From Dehalococcoidia bacterium (GTDB taxonomy: Bacteria > Chloroflexota > Dehalococcoidia > Lucifugimonadales > UBA3495): a stretch of DNA of 64,000 nt. The notes below the pieces were generated by a model that ran no database searches, had not been told where the DNA came from, and saw nothing but the letters and a program-made list of their open reading frames with translations. The translations under genes were made by a program, and so were the position numbers. This document shows, one piece after another, positions 36,841 to 47,204 of this stretch; position 1 is the first letter of the stretch, and every line of letters begins with the position of its first letter. The stretch is taken from assembly GCA_963422635.1 (NCBI GenBank), contig OY730415.1:433231-497230 (forward strand), in the 5' to 3' direction.

Positions 36841-37809
36841 CTACCTTATCTTCCCGTCCCGACTGGAAAAGCTGTTCAGGAAATGGTCGAAGGCATCCCG
36901 ATACCGCTCAATGGAACTTTCACAGGCTGACCATTTCACCTCCAGGATGTAATGGTTGGTTACCGAAGCCAACCTGGCCCGTTCTTCATCACACCACCTC
37001 GTCGATTCCACTCGGTAATGGTGCAGATACTGCCACCTGCGAAGCTCGCCGTGTTTGGTCACATAATCGGAGGAAATGACCTCATCTCCCCCTTCCCGCT
37101 TGGCAACCTCCTCAGCAGTTACCGAATGCCTCCAGAAGCAAATGGCGTGTCGGTTCACCTCGCCCCAAAAGCGCCAGTTGAAGGAAACTCTGGCCTTTCG
37201 GTCCAGGCTCTGAAAAGCAAAGTTGCCCTCGGCTTGGCGGCACTTGACTTTACCCTCGCCATCTAAAGTAAACGGCGAGGCATAAGGCTCATCTCCTACC
37301 CAACCAACCGGGATATCCACCTTGAAATCGTGCCCATCCACTTCATAGGTTTCCCATATCACCTCAACCGGAGCCGGCGTAGAGGTAGGCTCCAGCGTAG
37401 CTGTCGGCCTGGGCGTAGGCGTGAGCGTAGGCCTTGGGGTAGGAGTAGGGGTAGCCGTTGGCGGCGGTGTCGGAGTCGGTGTCGGTTCCGGCGTTGGCGT
37501 TGGCGTAGGGGTAGCCGTTGGCGGCGGCGGCGGTGTCGGTTCCGGCGTTGGCGTTGGCGTAGGGGTAGCCGTTGGCGGCGGCGGCGGTGTCGGTTCCGGC
37601 GTTGGCGTTGGCGTTGGGGTAGCCGGCGGCGGTGTCGGTGTCGGTTCCGGCGTTGGCGCTGGGGTAGCCGTCGGCGCGGCGTCCAGGAGCTGATTCACTT
37701 GAACCGTTACCGTAGCCGGAATGTCCGGCGTGGCGGTGGGCGGCGGCGGGGTGGCGCAAGCAACCAGAACAACCAACGACAATGACAGCAATAGCAAGAA
37801 CGTTTTCAT
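36841..37809 (-). CDS. lipoprotein with a Pro/Thr-rich tandem-repeat linker and a C-terminal globular domain of unknown family
   Basis: Signal peptide plus lipobox MKTFLLLLSLSLVVLVAC. About 120 aa of PTPTPEPTPPPPPTAT repeats. C-terminal ~170 aa unassigned. Confidence 0.7.
   Translation of the reverse strand: MKTFLLLLSLSLVVLVACATPPPPTATPDIPATVTVQVNQLLDAAPTATPAPTPEPTPTPPPATPTPTPTPEPTPPPPPTATPTPTPTPEPTPPPPPTATPTPTPTPEPTPTPTPPPTATPTPTPRPTLTPTPRPTATLEPTSTPAPVEVIWETYEVDGHDFKVDIPVGWVGDEPYASPFTLDGEGKVKCRQAEGNFAFQSLDRKARVSFNWRFWGEVNRHAICFWRHSVTAEEVAKREGGDEVISSDYVTKHGELRRWQYLHHYRVESTRWCDEERARLASVTNHYILEVKWSACESSIERYRDAFDHFLNSFSSRDGKIR
37421..37693. repeat. 54-bp tandem repeat (about 5 units, two identical) encoding the Pro/Thr linker
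   Basis: The unit GGCGTTGGCGTTGGCGTAGGGGTAGCCGTTGGCGGCGGCGGCGGTGTCGGTTCC is repeated back to back from about 37497. Flanking units are diverged. Confidence 0.85.
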
Positions 37810-38184
37810 ATATAAACCCTCCAGGTCTGTAATTAAGGAACAAATCAGCCCAGCTCGTCAGAGAGCCAGGTAGAAATTGCCCCAAGCTAGGCCAAACCGG
37901 ATTAGCGCTTGGGACAGGGGCTAATCGGTAGAAAGTTCGGAGCTTATTCCAGTAACGGAGCGGAGACGGTCAGGAGCGCGACCGGCGGCCCGGCCCCGGT
38001 AAGATCAATGCCCAGTAAGATCAATGAATGAAGCCGGGGAAAGGAAGGCTGTAGCGACGGCAGCTGGGGCAAAACTGCCGCTGGCAAAAATCCCCGAAGC
38101 AAGTCGTTGCAAATGCCCCAGCCAAGCAGACAAAGTTGCCAGCGGCGCGGAGAGAGCCCGTTGGGCCGTGAGGCCGATCAATTG

Positions 38185-38433
38185 TCAGCCCACGCCATAG
38201 CCGGCCACTGCGATAAAGAAAGCAGTCAACCAAAGCTGAATGAACAGCGTTGCCCAGTCGGCGACGATGCGAGAAAGAAGGTCGCTGCCTACGGCCAGAA
38301 CGTACCCGCCACTCAGGGAGAATAGTCCCATAAGCAACAGCAGAAAGACCGCCGGTATGCCGGTGGGCAGAGCGACGCTCGCCAAAGCCCACACCCGAAA
38401 GATCTGGTTGGGCAGTTTACCTTGCTCTTGCAT
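38185..38433 (-). CDS. small hypothetical membrane protein
   Basis: 82 aa with three hydrophobic segments. No family recognised. Coding status uncertain. Confidence 0.3.
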   Translation of the reverse strand: MQEQGKLPNQIFRVWALASVALPTGIPAVFLLLLMGLFSLSGGYVLAVGSDLLSRIVADWATLFIQLWLTAFFIAVAGYGVG

Positions 38434-38549
38434 CAGTATTATACCATTTCTCCAAGCCGGAGATCAACCAACTTGCCCCGCCGCAACAGTTGGTATAGTA
38501 TGGAATCCGGTCTTCCGGCCCTGGAACGGGTGAAATTGGGAGACGGGAA

Positions 38550-39047
38550 TTGATTGCTATGGCCCAAAGCATTAGTTTAAGCGTCAACGGCGTCAACCAC
38601 GAGCGGGAAGCCCCAGCCCGACGGCTACTGATTGACTTCCTGCGCTACGACCTGGGGCTGACCGGCGCCAAGGAAGGTTGCAGCGTAGGCGTCTGCGGCG
38701 CCTGCACCGTCTTGGTGGACGGCGAAATGACCGCTTCCTGCATCACCCTGGCCGCGGCGGTGGCCGGCTCGGAAATCACCACCATTGAGGGGTTGGCCCA
38801 GGATGGGCGGCTGCATCCGGTGCAGCAAGCCTTTATAGACTATGGCGGCTTCCAGTGCGGCATCTGCACCCCCGGCCAGGTAATGGCGGCCAAGGCCCTG
38901 TTAGATGTTAACCCCAAGCCCACTGAGGCGGAAATACGGGACTGGATGATGGGCAACCTGTGCCGCTGTACCGGTTACTACAAAATCCTGGAATCGGTGG
39001 TGCGAGCTATTGGCTCCGACACCGCCCCGGAGCCGACAAGCCAATGA
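38550..39047 (+). CDS. [2Fe-2S] small subunit of a molybdenum hydroxylase (CoxS type), second set
   Basis: CSVGVCGACTVLVDG, CGICTPGQVM and CRCTGYYKI. TTG 38550 or ATG 38559 start. Confidence 0.85.
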   Translation: MIAMAQSISLSVNGVNHEREAPARRLLIDFLRYDLGLTGAKEGCSVGVCGACTVLVDGEMTASCITLAAAVAGSEITTIEGLAQDGRLHPVQQAFIDYGGFQCGICTPGQVMAAKALLDVNPKPTEAEIRDWMMGNLCRCTGYYKILESVVRAIGSDTAPEPTSQ

Positions 39048-39922
39048 ACGACTTTCAATTTCACCTGCCCGCCACGCTGGAAGAAGCCTTTGCCCTGCTG
39101 GATTCCTACGGGGATAACGCCCGGTTGCTCTCCGGCGGCACCGCCCTGGTGTTGCAGCTGAAACAACGCTTCGCCCAGCCCGACCACGTCATCGGCCTGC
39201 GGCGCATTCCCGGCCTGGGCGACATTGCGACAGCCGGCGACGGCAGCCTCCGAATTGGCGCCCTCTGTTCCCAGCGCCTGGTGGAAACCAGTCCCCTAAT
39301 TGCCGACCGGCTGCCCCTGATAGCCCAGGCTTATCACTGCGTCGCCACGCCGCGCATCCGCAGTATGGCTACCGTCGGCGGCGGCTTGGCTCACGGCGAC
39401 CCCAACCAGGACCCGCCGCCGGCCCTCATCGCCCTGGGCGCCTCGGTAACCCTGGCCTCGGCCCACGGCGGAGAACGAGTCCTGCCGGTAGCGGAGTTGT
39501 TTCTCGACTATTTTGACACTGATGTGCGGGCCGGCGAAATCATCACCGGGCTGGCAATACCCCGGATGCCAGCGGGGGCCGGCGCCGCCTACCTCAAATT
39601 TTTGCCCCGCACTGCCGACGATTACGCCACCGTGTCGGTAGCCGCGGTGATTACCCCCGACGCCAACGGCCTTTGCCAGGAGGCGCGGATTGTCTTGGGT
39701 TCGGTCGGCCTTACCCCCATCCGGGCCGCCGCCGCCGAGGACGCCCTGCGGGGCCAGCATCTGACCGAAGACAACCTTCGGGCGGCCGCGGCCACCGTGC
39801 CAGCGGCGGTTGACCCGTTGGACGACCACCGAGGTTCGGCGGATTATAAACGCCGAATGGCCGAGGTGTTTACCCGCCGCGCTATCAAACAAGCGGTAGA
39901 ACAATCGGGCGCTATTCTATAG
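39044..39922 (+). CDS. FAD-binding medium subunit (CoxM type), second set
   Basis: ATG 39044 overlaps the coxS stop (ATGA). LLSGGTALVLQLKQR and ATVGGGLAHGDP. Confidence 0.85.
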   Translation: MNDFQFHLPATLEEAFALLDSYGDNARLLSGGTALVLQLKQRFAQPDHVIGLRRIPGLGDIATAGDGSLRIGALCSQRLVETSPLIADRLPLIAQAYHCVATPRIRSMATVGGGLAHGDPNQDPPPALIALGASVTLASAHGGERVLPVAELFLDYFDTDVRAGEIITGLAIPRMPAGAGAAYLKFLPRTADDYATVSVAAVITPDANGLCQEARIVLGSVGLTPIRAAAAEDALRGQHLTEDNLRAAAATVPAAVDPLDDHRGSADYKRRMAEVFTRRAIKQAVEQSGAIL

Positions 39923-39943
39923 CCGTAGCTTGGGAGTGAGTCA

Positions 39944-40402
39944 GTGAAGCTGGAGAATCGTTGCCTGGCGCCGGCTGACCGGGATACCGTCTGGACCTTG
40001 TTGCTGGACTTGCCGCGAGTCGCCCCCTGCATCCCCGGTTTGGTCGGTCTGACGGAAGACGGGACAGGAGGCTACGTTGGCGCCATGCAAGCCCAAGCCG
40101 GGCCAATGCGGGTGAACCTGTCGGGAAGTGTCCGAATAGTTGCGCAGGACTCCCAAAAAGGCGAGGCGCAACTGCTATTGGAGGCCTCCGACCGGCGCAT
40201 CGGCGGTTCGGTACGCACCAATATGACCCTCCGGTTGACGCCAACGGCTGACGGTCAAACCGAACTGCTAATAGCGACCGACACTAGCTTCATGGGAAAT
40301 CTGGGCGCCCTGGGCCAGCCAATAATCCGCCGCAAAGCCGCCGCCGCCATTGCAGAGTTCGCCAAAAACCTGGCCGAGTTGGTGGAAGGTAATGGGGGAT
40401 GA
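39944..40402 (+). CDS. coxG: CoxG-like SRPBCC family protein
   Basis: GTG start. APADRDTVWTLLLDLPRVAPCIPG and a C-terminal IAEFAKNLAE tail are typical of CO dehydrogenase subunit G family proteins. Confidence 0.75.
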   Translation: MKLENRCLAPADRDTVWTLLLDLPRVAPCIPGLVGLTEDGTGGYVGAMQAQAGPMRVNLSGSVRIVAQDSQKGEAQLLLEASDRRIGGSVRTNMTLRLTPTADGQTELLIATDTSFMGNLGALGQPIIRRKAAAAIAEFAKNLAELVEGNGG

Positions 40403-40406
40403 GCCC

Positions 40407-41549
40407 ATGGCTCCGCTGAACAAGATAGAATCCGTCAAAATTCGGGGGTTCCGGTCGCTCGCTGACGTTGAGCTTACAGCTATGCCCAACGCGGCAGCGC
40501 TGATCGGCCCCAACGGGTCTGGCAAGTCCAACTTTATTCGTTTCTTCGAAATGCTGAGTTGGATGCTCGTATCACGGCAATTGGGCGAATTCATCAACCG
40601 ACAAGGTGGCGCCGACGACCAGCTGTTTGGAGGCAACTCGTGTACGCCCAGGCTGACCGGCGAAATAACCATGCGCACCCGTAGGGGCCGGAATGACTAC
40701 CGGTTTGCTTTATCTTACGCAAATCCCGACCGTTTTTTGTTCACTCAAGAGGAGTTGCATTTTAGCAGAGATTACCACGATTTGGCAAGCGAAGCTAGTT
40801 GGCAAACCCTCGGCAGTGGGCATTTGGAAGCAAAAATTGTCGAAGCCGCGCAGACTCCGAATCACCCGGGAATCAACCAAACAACTGCCCGGGTAATCGT
40901 AAATCTGCTTCGCAATTGTGCCGTCTATCAATTCCATGACACTTCATATAGCTCAAACTTCAAGAGCAAGTGGGATGCTTGGGAAAACAACCAACTACGC
41001 AGTCATGGCGGTAATCTGGCAGCTGTGTTATATCGCTTGGAGCAACAAGACTTAAGGCGGTATGAATTAATCTGTAAGCAAATCGGTCGGGTTCTACCGG
41101 GGTTTGACCGCTTTGCAATTGAGATGGATTATGACAAAGTGATGCTGCGGTGGAAGGCCAAGTGGTCCGACAAAACCATTGGCGCACACCTTACTTCGGA
41201 CGGGTCGCTTCGCTTTTTCGCCCTAGCCACTCTCCTCAATCTACCTGCCGAAATGCTTCCCGATGTCATCCTTCTGGACGAACCGGAACTGGGCCTGCAC
41301 CCGGCGGCCATCGCCTTGATTGGCGGCATGATTAAGTCTCTCTCCGTGGAGAGGCAGGTTATCGTGGCAACCCAGTCCCCGCTGCTGGTGGATGCCTTTG
41401 ACCTGGACCAGATTTTCGTGATGGACTTGAAGGACGGGCGGACTATTGTCAGCCCGGCGAAGGAAAAGGAACAGGAACTCAAACACTGGCTGAAGGATTA
41501 TTCTACGGGCGATTTATGGCAAACGAACATTTTGGGAGGGAGGCCTTGA
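40407..41549 (+). CDS. ABC-type (AAA_21/AAA_23-like) ATPase, predicted defence-module ATPase
   Basis: IRGFRSLADVEL...LIGPNGSGKSNF (Walker A), ILLDEPELGLHP (Walker B) and VATQSPLL. ATG lies 4 nt after the coxG stop. GC is lower than the flanks. Confidence 0.8.
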   Translation: MAPLNKIESVKIRGFRSLADVELTAMPNAAALIGPNGSGKSNFIRFFEMLSWMLVSRQLGEFINRQGGADDQLFGGNSCTPRLTGEITMRTRRGRNDYRFALSYANPDRFLFTQEELHFSRDYHDLASEASWQTLGSGHLEAKIVEAAQTPNHPGINQTTARVIVNLLRNCAVYQFHDTSYSSNFKSKWDAWENNQLRSHGGNLAAVLYRLEQQDLRRYELICKQIGRVLPGFDRFAIEMDYDKVMLRWKAKWSDKTIGAHLTSDGSLRFFALATLLNLPAEMLPDVILLDEPELGLHPAAIALIGGMIKSLSVERQVIVATQSPLLVDAFDLDQIFVMDLKDGRTIVSPAKEKEQELKHWLKDYSTGDLWQTNILGGRP

Positions 41550-42154
41550 TTCGTCTGTCCATCGTTGTGGAAGGGGAAACGGAGGAGGCATTCGTTAAAG
41601 AAGCGCTTGCCGAACATCTGCGGTCAAGGGGAATGGAGCCGCAACCCAACTTGCTCGGGGGCAACGTTACGGTAGAGCGTTTGGCCTCGAGGATGGCTCT
41701 GCTTTTCTGGAGTTCTGACCGAGTAACTTCCCTGGTTGATTTTTACGGGTTTCGCGACAAAGGAAGCGACACTGTGGTTGCCTTGGAGGGGCGAATCAAC
41801 CAGGCTGCTATAGCGAAGGTAAACCGCTCAATGGACGAACCGAGGGTAATTCCTTACGTCCAGAAGTATGAGTTTGAGGCTTTGTTGTTCACAGACGTAA
41901 AAGCTTTCGGGAATGCAATCGGAGTGTCAGAACAAAGTATCGTACAACTTGCTGAGATTCGTTCGCAATTTCAGACACCCGAAGACATCAACGACAACCC
42001 CGCTACTGTGCCAAGCAAGCGTATAGCACAGCTAATACCCAGGTACAGTAAAGTGGTTGCCGGACCTTTAGTCGCCCTGGAAACGGGGTTGGCCGCCATT
42101 CGCGCCCAATGCCCCCGATTCAACCAGTGGATAACGCAACTGGAGAATATCTGA
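41546..42154 (+). CDS. DUF4276 family protein (Toprim-like partner of the ATPase)
   Basis: LIRLSIVVEGETEEAFVKEAL is the characteristic DUF4276 start. TTG 41546 behind GGAGGGAGG overlaps the ATPase TGA (41547-41549). Alternative ATG at 41516. Confidence 0.7.
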   Translation: MIRLSIVVEGETEEAFVKEALAEHLRSRGMEPQPNLLGGNVTVERLASRMALLFWSSDRVTSLVDFYGFRDKGSDTVVALEGRINQAAIAKVNRSMDEPRVIPYVQKYEFEALLFTDVKAFGNAIGVSEQSIVQLAEIRSQFQTPEDINDNPATVPSKRIAQLIPRYSKVVAGPLVALETGLAAIRAQCPRFNQWITQLENI

Positions 42155-42224
42155 GCAATCCACCGGCGCCGACATAACCGAAGCTGAAAGGCGCGGCGGC
42201 CCTTGATTCTAGTCATGACAGCGT

Positions 42225-42259
42225 TAAGACACCTGATAGTTATCCTATCAGGTGTCTTA
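42225..42259. terminator. 15-bp perfect hairpin between convergent DUF4276 and capA genes
   Basis: TAAGACACCTGATAG - TTATC - CTATCAGGTGTCTTA. Confidence 0.55.
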
Positions 42260-42278
42260 CGCTCACTATCTCCTCCCC

Positions 42279-43640
42279 CTAAATTCGTATCACCCCCACC
42301 ATGCCCCCGCTCTCCTCCTCAATGACAATCTCCGTGCCGAAGGGACGGGAGACCTGTTGCAGCCAGGTCAGGGTTTGGCGGGCTAACGGCTCCTCGGCCA
42401 GCACCGGGCGGCCCCGTTGGGGGATGGGACGGCCAAAGCCCAGGTCGATGGGGTGAAGGATAACCTCTTTCAGATCGCCGCCGGCGTAGTTACACACCGC
42501 TACGACGCTTTGCCAGAACACCGGGTCGGCGGCAAAGGCGCGGGTTCCTCCGCCGGAACGAGTGTCCAGATAGTCGCCGGGGGTATGGTCAAAGTTCAGG
42601 TTGAACCGGCGGTAAGCCTCATGGGGCAACCACAGGACGCTCTCGTTCTGGAAGATGAAGTTTCCCAGGCTGTAGAAAATGGGGCGGTTCCGGTAAATCT
42701 CGATGCCGCGCAAGAAGTGGGGGCCGTGCCCCACAAAGGCGGCGCAGCCCTGGTCAATACTCCAGCGGGCAAAGTCCACCAGAAAGTCCGGCGGCGACAG
42801 GCGCGAGTGGCCGTGAAAATCGCCTTCCGGCCCGCTTTCATGGCAATGGACGCCATAGACCAGCCAGTCGGCCTGCTTCTGCGCTCCCCGAATCCAGTTG
42901 CCGATGCCGGCCTGGTCTTCCCGATTCAGGGCGGTGCGGACGGCAAACTCCTCGTCCAGAATGAACTTGTTCTCCAAGAACTCGATCTCGCTGTCGTAGT
43001 CCGGCGTATCCTCATCGCCGCGGAAGCCGAATTGGCGGTGGAAGGCGTGTTCCTCCTCATAGCCCAACTCCAGGTTAGCCTTGCGAAGAGCGTCAAAAAC
43101 GTCCTGCTGCACGTGGTGGGTCCGGTTATGACGCAGGGCATTAACCCCGGGGCGGCCCGCAAAGTCGGGCCGGCCGGCGCCGGCTCGGGACTGCTCGCTG
43201 AAGGTACTGGTAGCGCCCAGCACCGCCACCCGCCCCCGGGCCGAGTCCACGTAGGCCGGCGAGCGGGCCTCATCCAGGTTGCGCCCCCCGCCGGCACAGG
43301 CCAAGTCAAGCTGCCGGCAGTGTTCCAGGGTGGTCAGAAAGCCACCCTCGGAAAAGTCAAAGGAGTGGTTGTTGGCAGTAGTTACGGCGTCAATGCCCAT
43401 CCACTTAAGCTCGTCCAAGTTGCGCGGGTCGGAACGAGTGTAGGTGGCGCTGCTCCACTGCCAACTGCTTTCATAGTCGTGAAACAACATCTCCAGATTA
43501 ACCAGGGAAACATCGGCGCTGCGCAACACCTCCACCAAACGGAGAAAGCGCTCCTCCTGAAAAGCCTGCATCCGCCGGGTAATCATCGCATCGCCACCCA
43601 GAGCAATGGAAATATCCCGCCGCTCGGCATCATAAATCAT
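42279..43640 (-). CDS. CapA family (poly-gamma-glutamate/metallophosphoesterase-like) protein
   Basis: IALGGDAMITRR, VTTANNHSFDF and GHGPHFLRGIE motifs. 453 aa. Confidence 0.8.
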   Translation of the reverse strand: MIYDAERRDISIALGGDAMITRRMQAFQEERFLRLVEVLRSADVSLVNLEMLFHDYESSWQWSSATYTRSDPRNLDELKWMGIDAVTTANNHSFDFSEGGFLTTLEHCRQLDLACAGGGRNLDEARSPAYVDSARGRVAVLGATSTFSEQSRAGAGRPDFAGRPGVNALRHNRTHHVQQDVFDALRKANLELGYEEEHAFHRQFGFRGDEDTPDYDSEIEFLENKFILDEEFAVRTALNREDQAGIGNWIRGAQKQADWLVYGVHCHESGPEGDFHGHSRLSPPDFLVDFARWSIDQGCAAFVGHGPHFLRGIEIYRNRPIFYSLGNFIFQNESVLWLPHEAYRRFNLNFDHTPGDYLDTRSGGGTRAFAADPVFWQSVVAVCNYAGGDLKEVILHPIDLGFGRPIPQRGRPVLAEEPLARQTLTWLQQVSRPFGTEIVIEEESGGMVGVIRI

Positions 43641-44236
43641 AACTGCCTCCTTGCAATAAGATACAATGCTATCTTCGGAACTAGAACCGGAACCAGGATG
43701 AAATAGTTGAGTTGAAATGGTACGACCATTCTATCAGAATTGGCCGAGAGCGGGGATGACCGGCTTCAAAATGCTGTCGCTTGTCAGCCGAAGCGGGGGC
43801 GTGCATGCTAAAATACGCTCAGTGGCCGCGTCAAAACATGCGGCGGGGAAAAGATTTCCTAATCAGGAACGCGCTTTATTACAAGACAAGAACGGCGACC
43901 CCATTAACAAACTAAAGCTGGATTTGGATAACGGCATCGGCGCCGTCCTGCTCAGCACGGCCAAGGTAGGCAACATAATCATTTACTACATCATTTACTA
44001 CGAAGACATTTCATCCTCGAAGCCGGCCTGGCAATATCCTTAAACGTTTGCCTTTCCCGCTTTTACATTGTTTAATTGTTCCAGCATATAACCGTTTTGG
44101 GCCGTAGAGGCTACCCCTAGCGGAGTTTAAGCAACCGCATGTTTTTGTCGGCAATCCGCGGTCGGGGCAAGGTGAAACGCAACGCCCGATAATACAGAAC
44201 TCAACATTAAAAGCGCGGGAGGTCAGCCGGTCTTAA

Positions 44237-45052
44237 ATGCCAAATATCCTTGACGAAATCGTTGCCGCCAAGCGCGTGGAACTGACGCAACAACAGCAAG
44301 CCACCTCTTTGGCCGATTTGAAAGAGCAAATCACCACCCAGCCGGCTCCATTGAGCTTGGCCGCTGCTCTGCGGGGACGGCCAGTACGGTTAATCGCCGA
44401 GGTCAAGAAAGCCTCCCCATCCCGGGGGCTGCTCTGCCCCGACTTTGACCCGGTGCGGCTGGCCCGAACCTACATCGACAACGGGGCCGCCGCCATATCC
44501 GTCCTGACCGACCCCCGCTTTCAGGGAGAACCGGGGCACCTATCTCGCATCAAGGCCGCCGGGGTATCCGGCTCGGCTCCGGCGCTGCGCAAGGACTTTA
44601 TTTTTGACCCCTACCAGGTCTACGAGGCCCGGGCCATGGGCGCCGACGCCTTCTTGCTGATTGTCGCCATCCTTGCCCCGACTCAACTAGCGGAACTGTT
44701 GTCCCTGGGCCGGGAGCTAGGGATGGACTCCTTGGTAGAAATTCACGACAAGCCGGACTTGCAAACCGCCCTGGCAGCCGGCGCCCAGATAATCGGCATT
44801 AACAACCGGGATTTGCGAACCTTCCATACCGACTTGGCCGTAACCGAGGGTTTGGCTCCCCAGATCCCCGGGGACAAGGTCATCGTCAGCGAGAGCGGCA
44901 TTCACACGCGGGAACATCTGCATCGGCTGAGCCAACTGAGTCCAGCAGGAGTGAACGCCGTTCTGGTAGGCGAGGCCCTAGTAACCGCTCCGGATACGGC
45001 GGCCAAGGTGCGGGAGCTTACCGCTTCTACGCCGGCTCTGACCAGGCCATGA
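44237..45052 (+). CDS. trpC: indole-3-glycerol phosphate synthase
   Basis: ILDEIVAAKRVEL, IAEVKKASPS, AISVLTD and IGINNRDLRTF. Confidence 0.9.
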   Translation: MPNILDEIVAAKRVELTQQQQATSLADLKEQITTQPAPLSLAAALRGRPVRLIAEVKKASPSRGLLCPDFDPVRLARTYIDNGAAAISVLTDPRFQGEPGHLSRIKAAGVSGSAPALRKDFIFDPYQVYEARAMGADAFLLIVAILAPTQLAELLSLGRELGMDSLVEIHDKPDLQTALAAGAQIIGINNRDLRTFHTDLAVTEGLAPQIPGDKVIVSESGIHTREHLHRLSQLSPAGVNAVLVGEALVTAPDTAAKVRELTASTPALTRP

Positions 45053-45717
45053 TTAGAGTAAAAATTTGCGGGATACAACGACCGGAAGAGGCCCTGGTTG
45101 CCGCCGAAGCCGGCGCCGACTTTATCGGGCTGGTCTTTGTTCCCCAGCGGCGGCGCAGGCTGAAGGTGTCGGCAGCGGCGGCCATTATCGCCGACCTGCG
45201 GGCCGCCGCCCTTCCCGGACCCACGACAGTCGGGCTGTTCGCCGACCAACCCCTGGATGAGGTGAACCGAGTGATCCAAGTCTGCCGGCTGGATGCAGCG
45301 CAGCTTTGCGGCCAGGAGTCGCCGGAGTATTGCCGGCAGGTGCAAGCCGGAGTAATCAAGGTATTGCACGTGTCTGGCTCGGATGCCGGGCCGGTAACCG
45401 AGGGCAAAGTGGATGACTGCCTAGAATCCCGTTTGCTCTCCTACCATGACGCCGGCTGCCTGACTACTCTGGACCGGCTGGTCGAGGGTCTGCAAGGGGG
45501 CACCGGAGAGAGCTTTGACTGGGACATCGCCGCCCAAATGTCCCGCAAAGGATACGAGTTTTTCCTGGCCGGCGGCCTGACCCCGGACAACGTAGCCTCA
45601 GCCACGGCCCAAGTGCGTCCTTGGGGCGTGGACGTATCCAGTGGCGTCGAAACCGGCGGGCGGAAAGACCCGCGGAAAATACGGGAGTTCCTGGCGAACG
45701 CGCGGGGCGCCGGATAG
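45049..45717 (+). CDS. trpF: phosphoribosylanthranilate isomerase
   Basis: MIRVKICGIQRPEEALVAAEAGADFIGLVF and WGVDVSSGVE. ATGA overlap with trpC. Confidence 0.9.
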   Translation: MIRVKICGIQRPEEALVAAEAGADFIGLVFVPQRRRRLKVSAAAAIIADLRAAALPGPTTVGLFADQPLDEVNRVIQVCRLDAAQLCGQESPEYCRQVQAGVIKVLHVSGSDAGPVTEGKVDDCLESRLLSYHDAGCLTTLDRLVEGLQGGTGESFDWDIAAQMSRKGYEFFLAGGLTPDNVASATAQVRPWGVDVSSGVETGGRKDPRKIREFLANARGAG

Positions 45718-45866
45718 CATTTCCGCCCGAAGCCGGATCCCCGCCAAATCCAAGCCCCCAACATGGATCTACCCGATGATTTGCTTATGCGAAAGAATCC
45801 GGCAAAGAAGCTGCAAAATCCGGTGCATCCGGTTAACCCACGTAAGTTAAATGAGGTAATTACACA

Positions 45867-47081
<1,215 letters not shown>

Positions 47082-47204
47082 GGTCCGGTCAAAAACCGCC
47101 GGCCCCTGGCAACGCCAGCCTATGCTATAATGCCCGTCAACACCGCAAACCCTGGCGGTAGTCCGCAGCGCCGGTTCCGCCAGCTTGCCAAGAGGAGATG
47201 GAAG

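Noticed and set aside
43717-44043. 108-codon ORF in the low-GC capA-trpC spacer, with a 12-nt tandem duplication (ATCATTTACTAC x2) near its end.
   Set aside because: No SD, no recognisable family, and odd composition (IIIYYIIYYEDISS comes from the duplication). It could equally be non-coding.
44044-44236. Leader peptide, T-box or attenuator upstream of trpC.
   Set aside because: No Trp-codon-rich mini-ORF, no T-box consensus (…GGTGGTACCGCG…) and no terminator/antiterminator pair could be found by eye.
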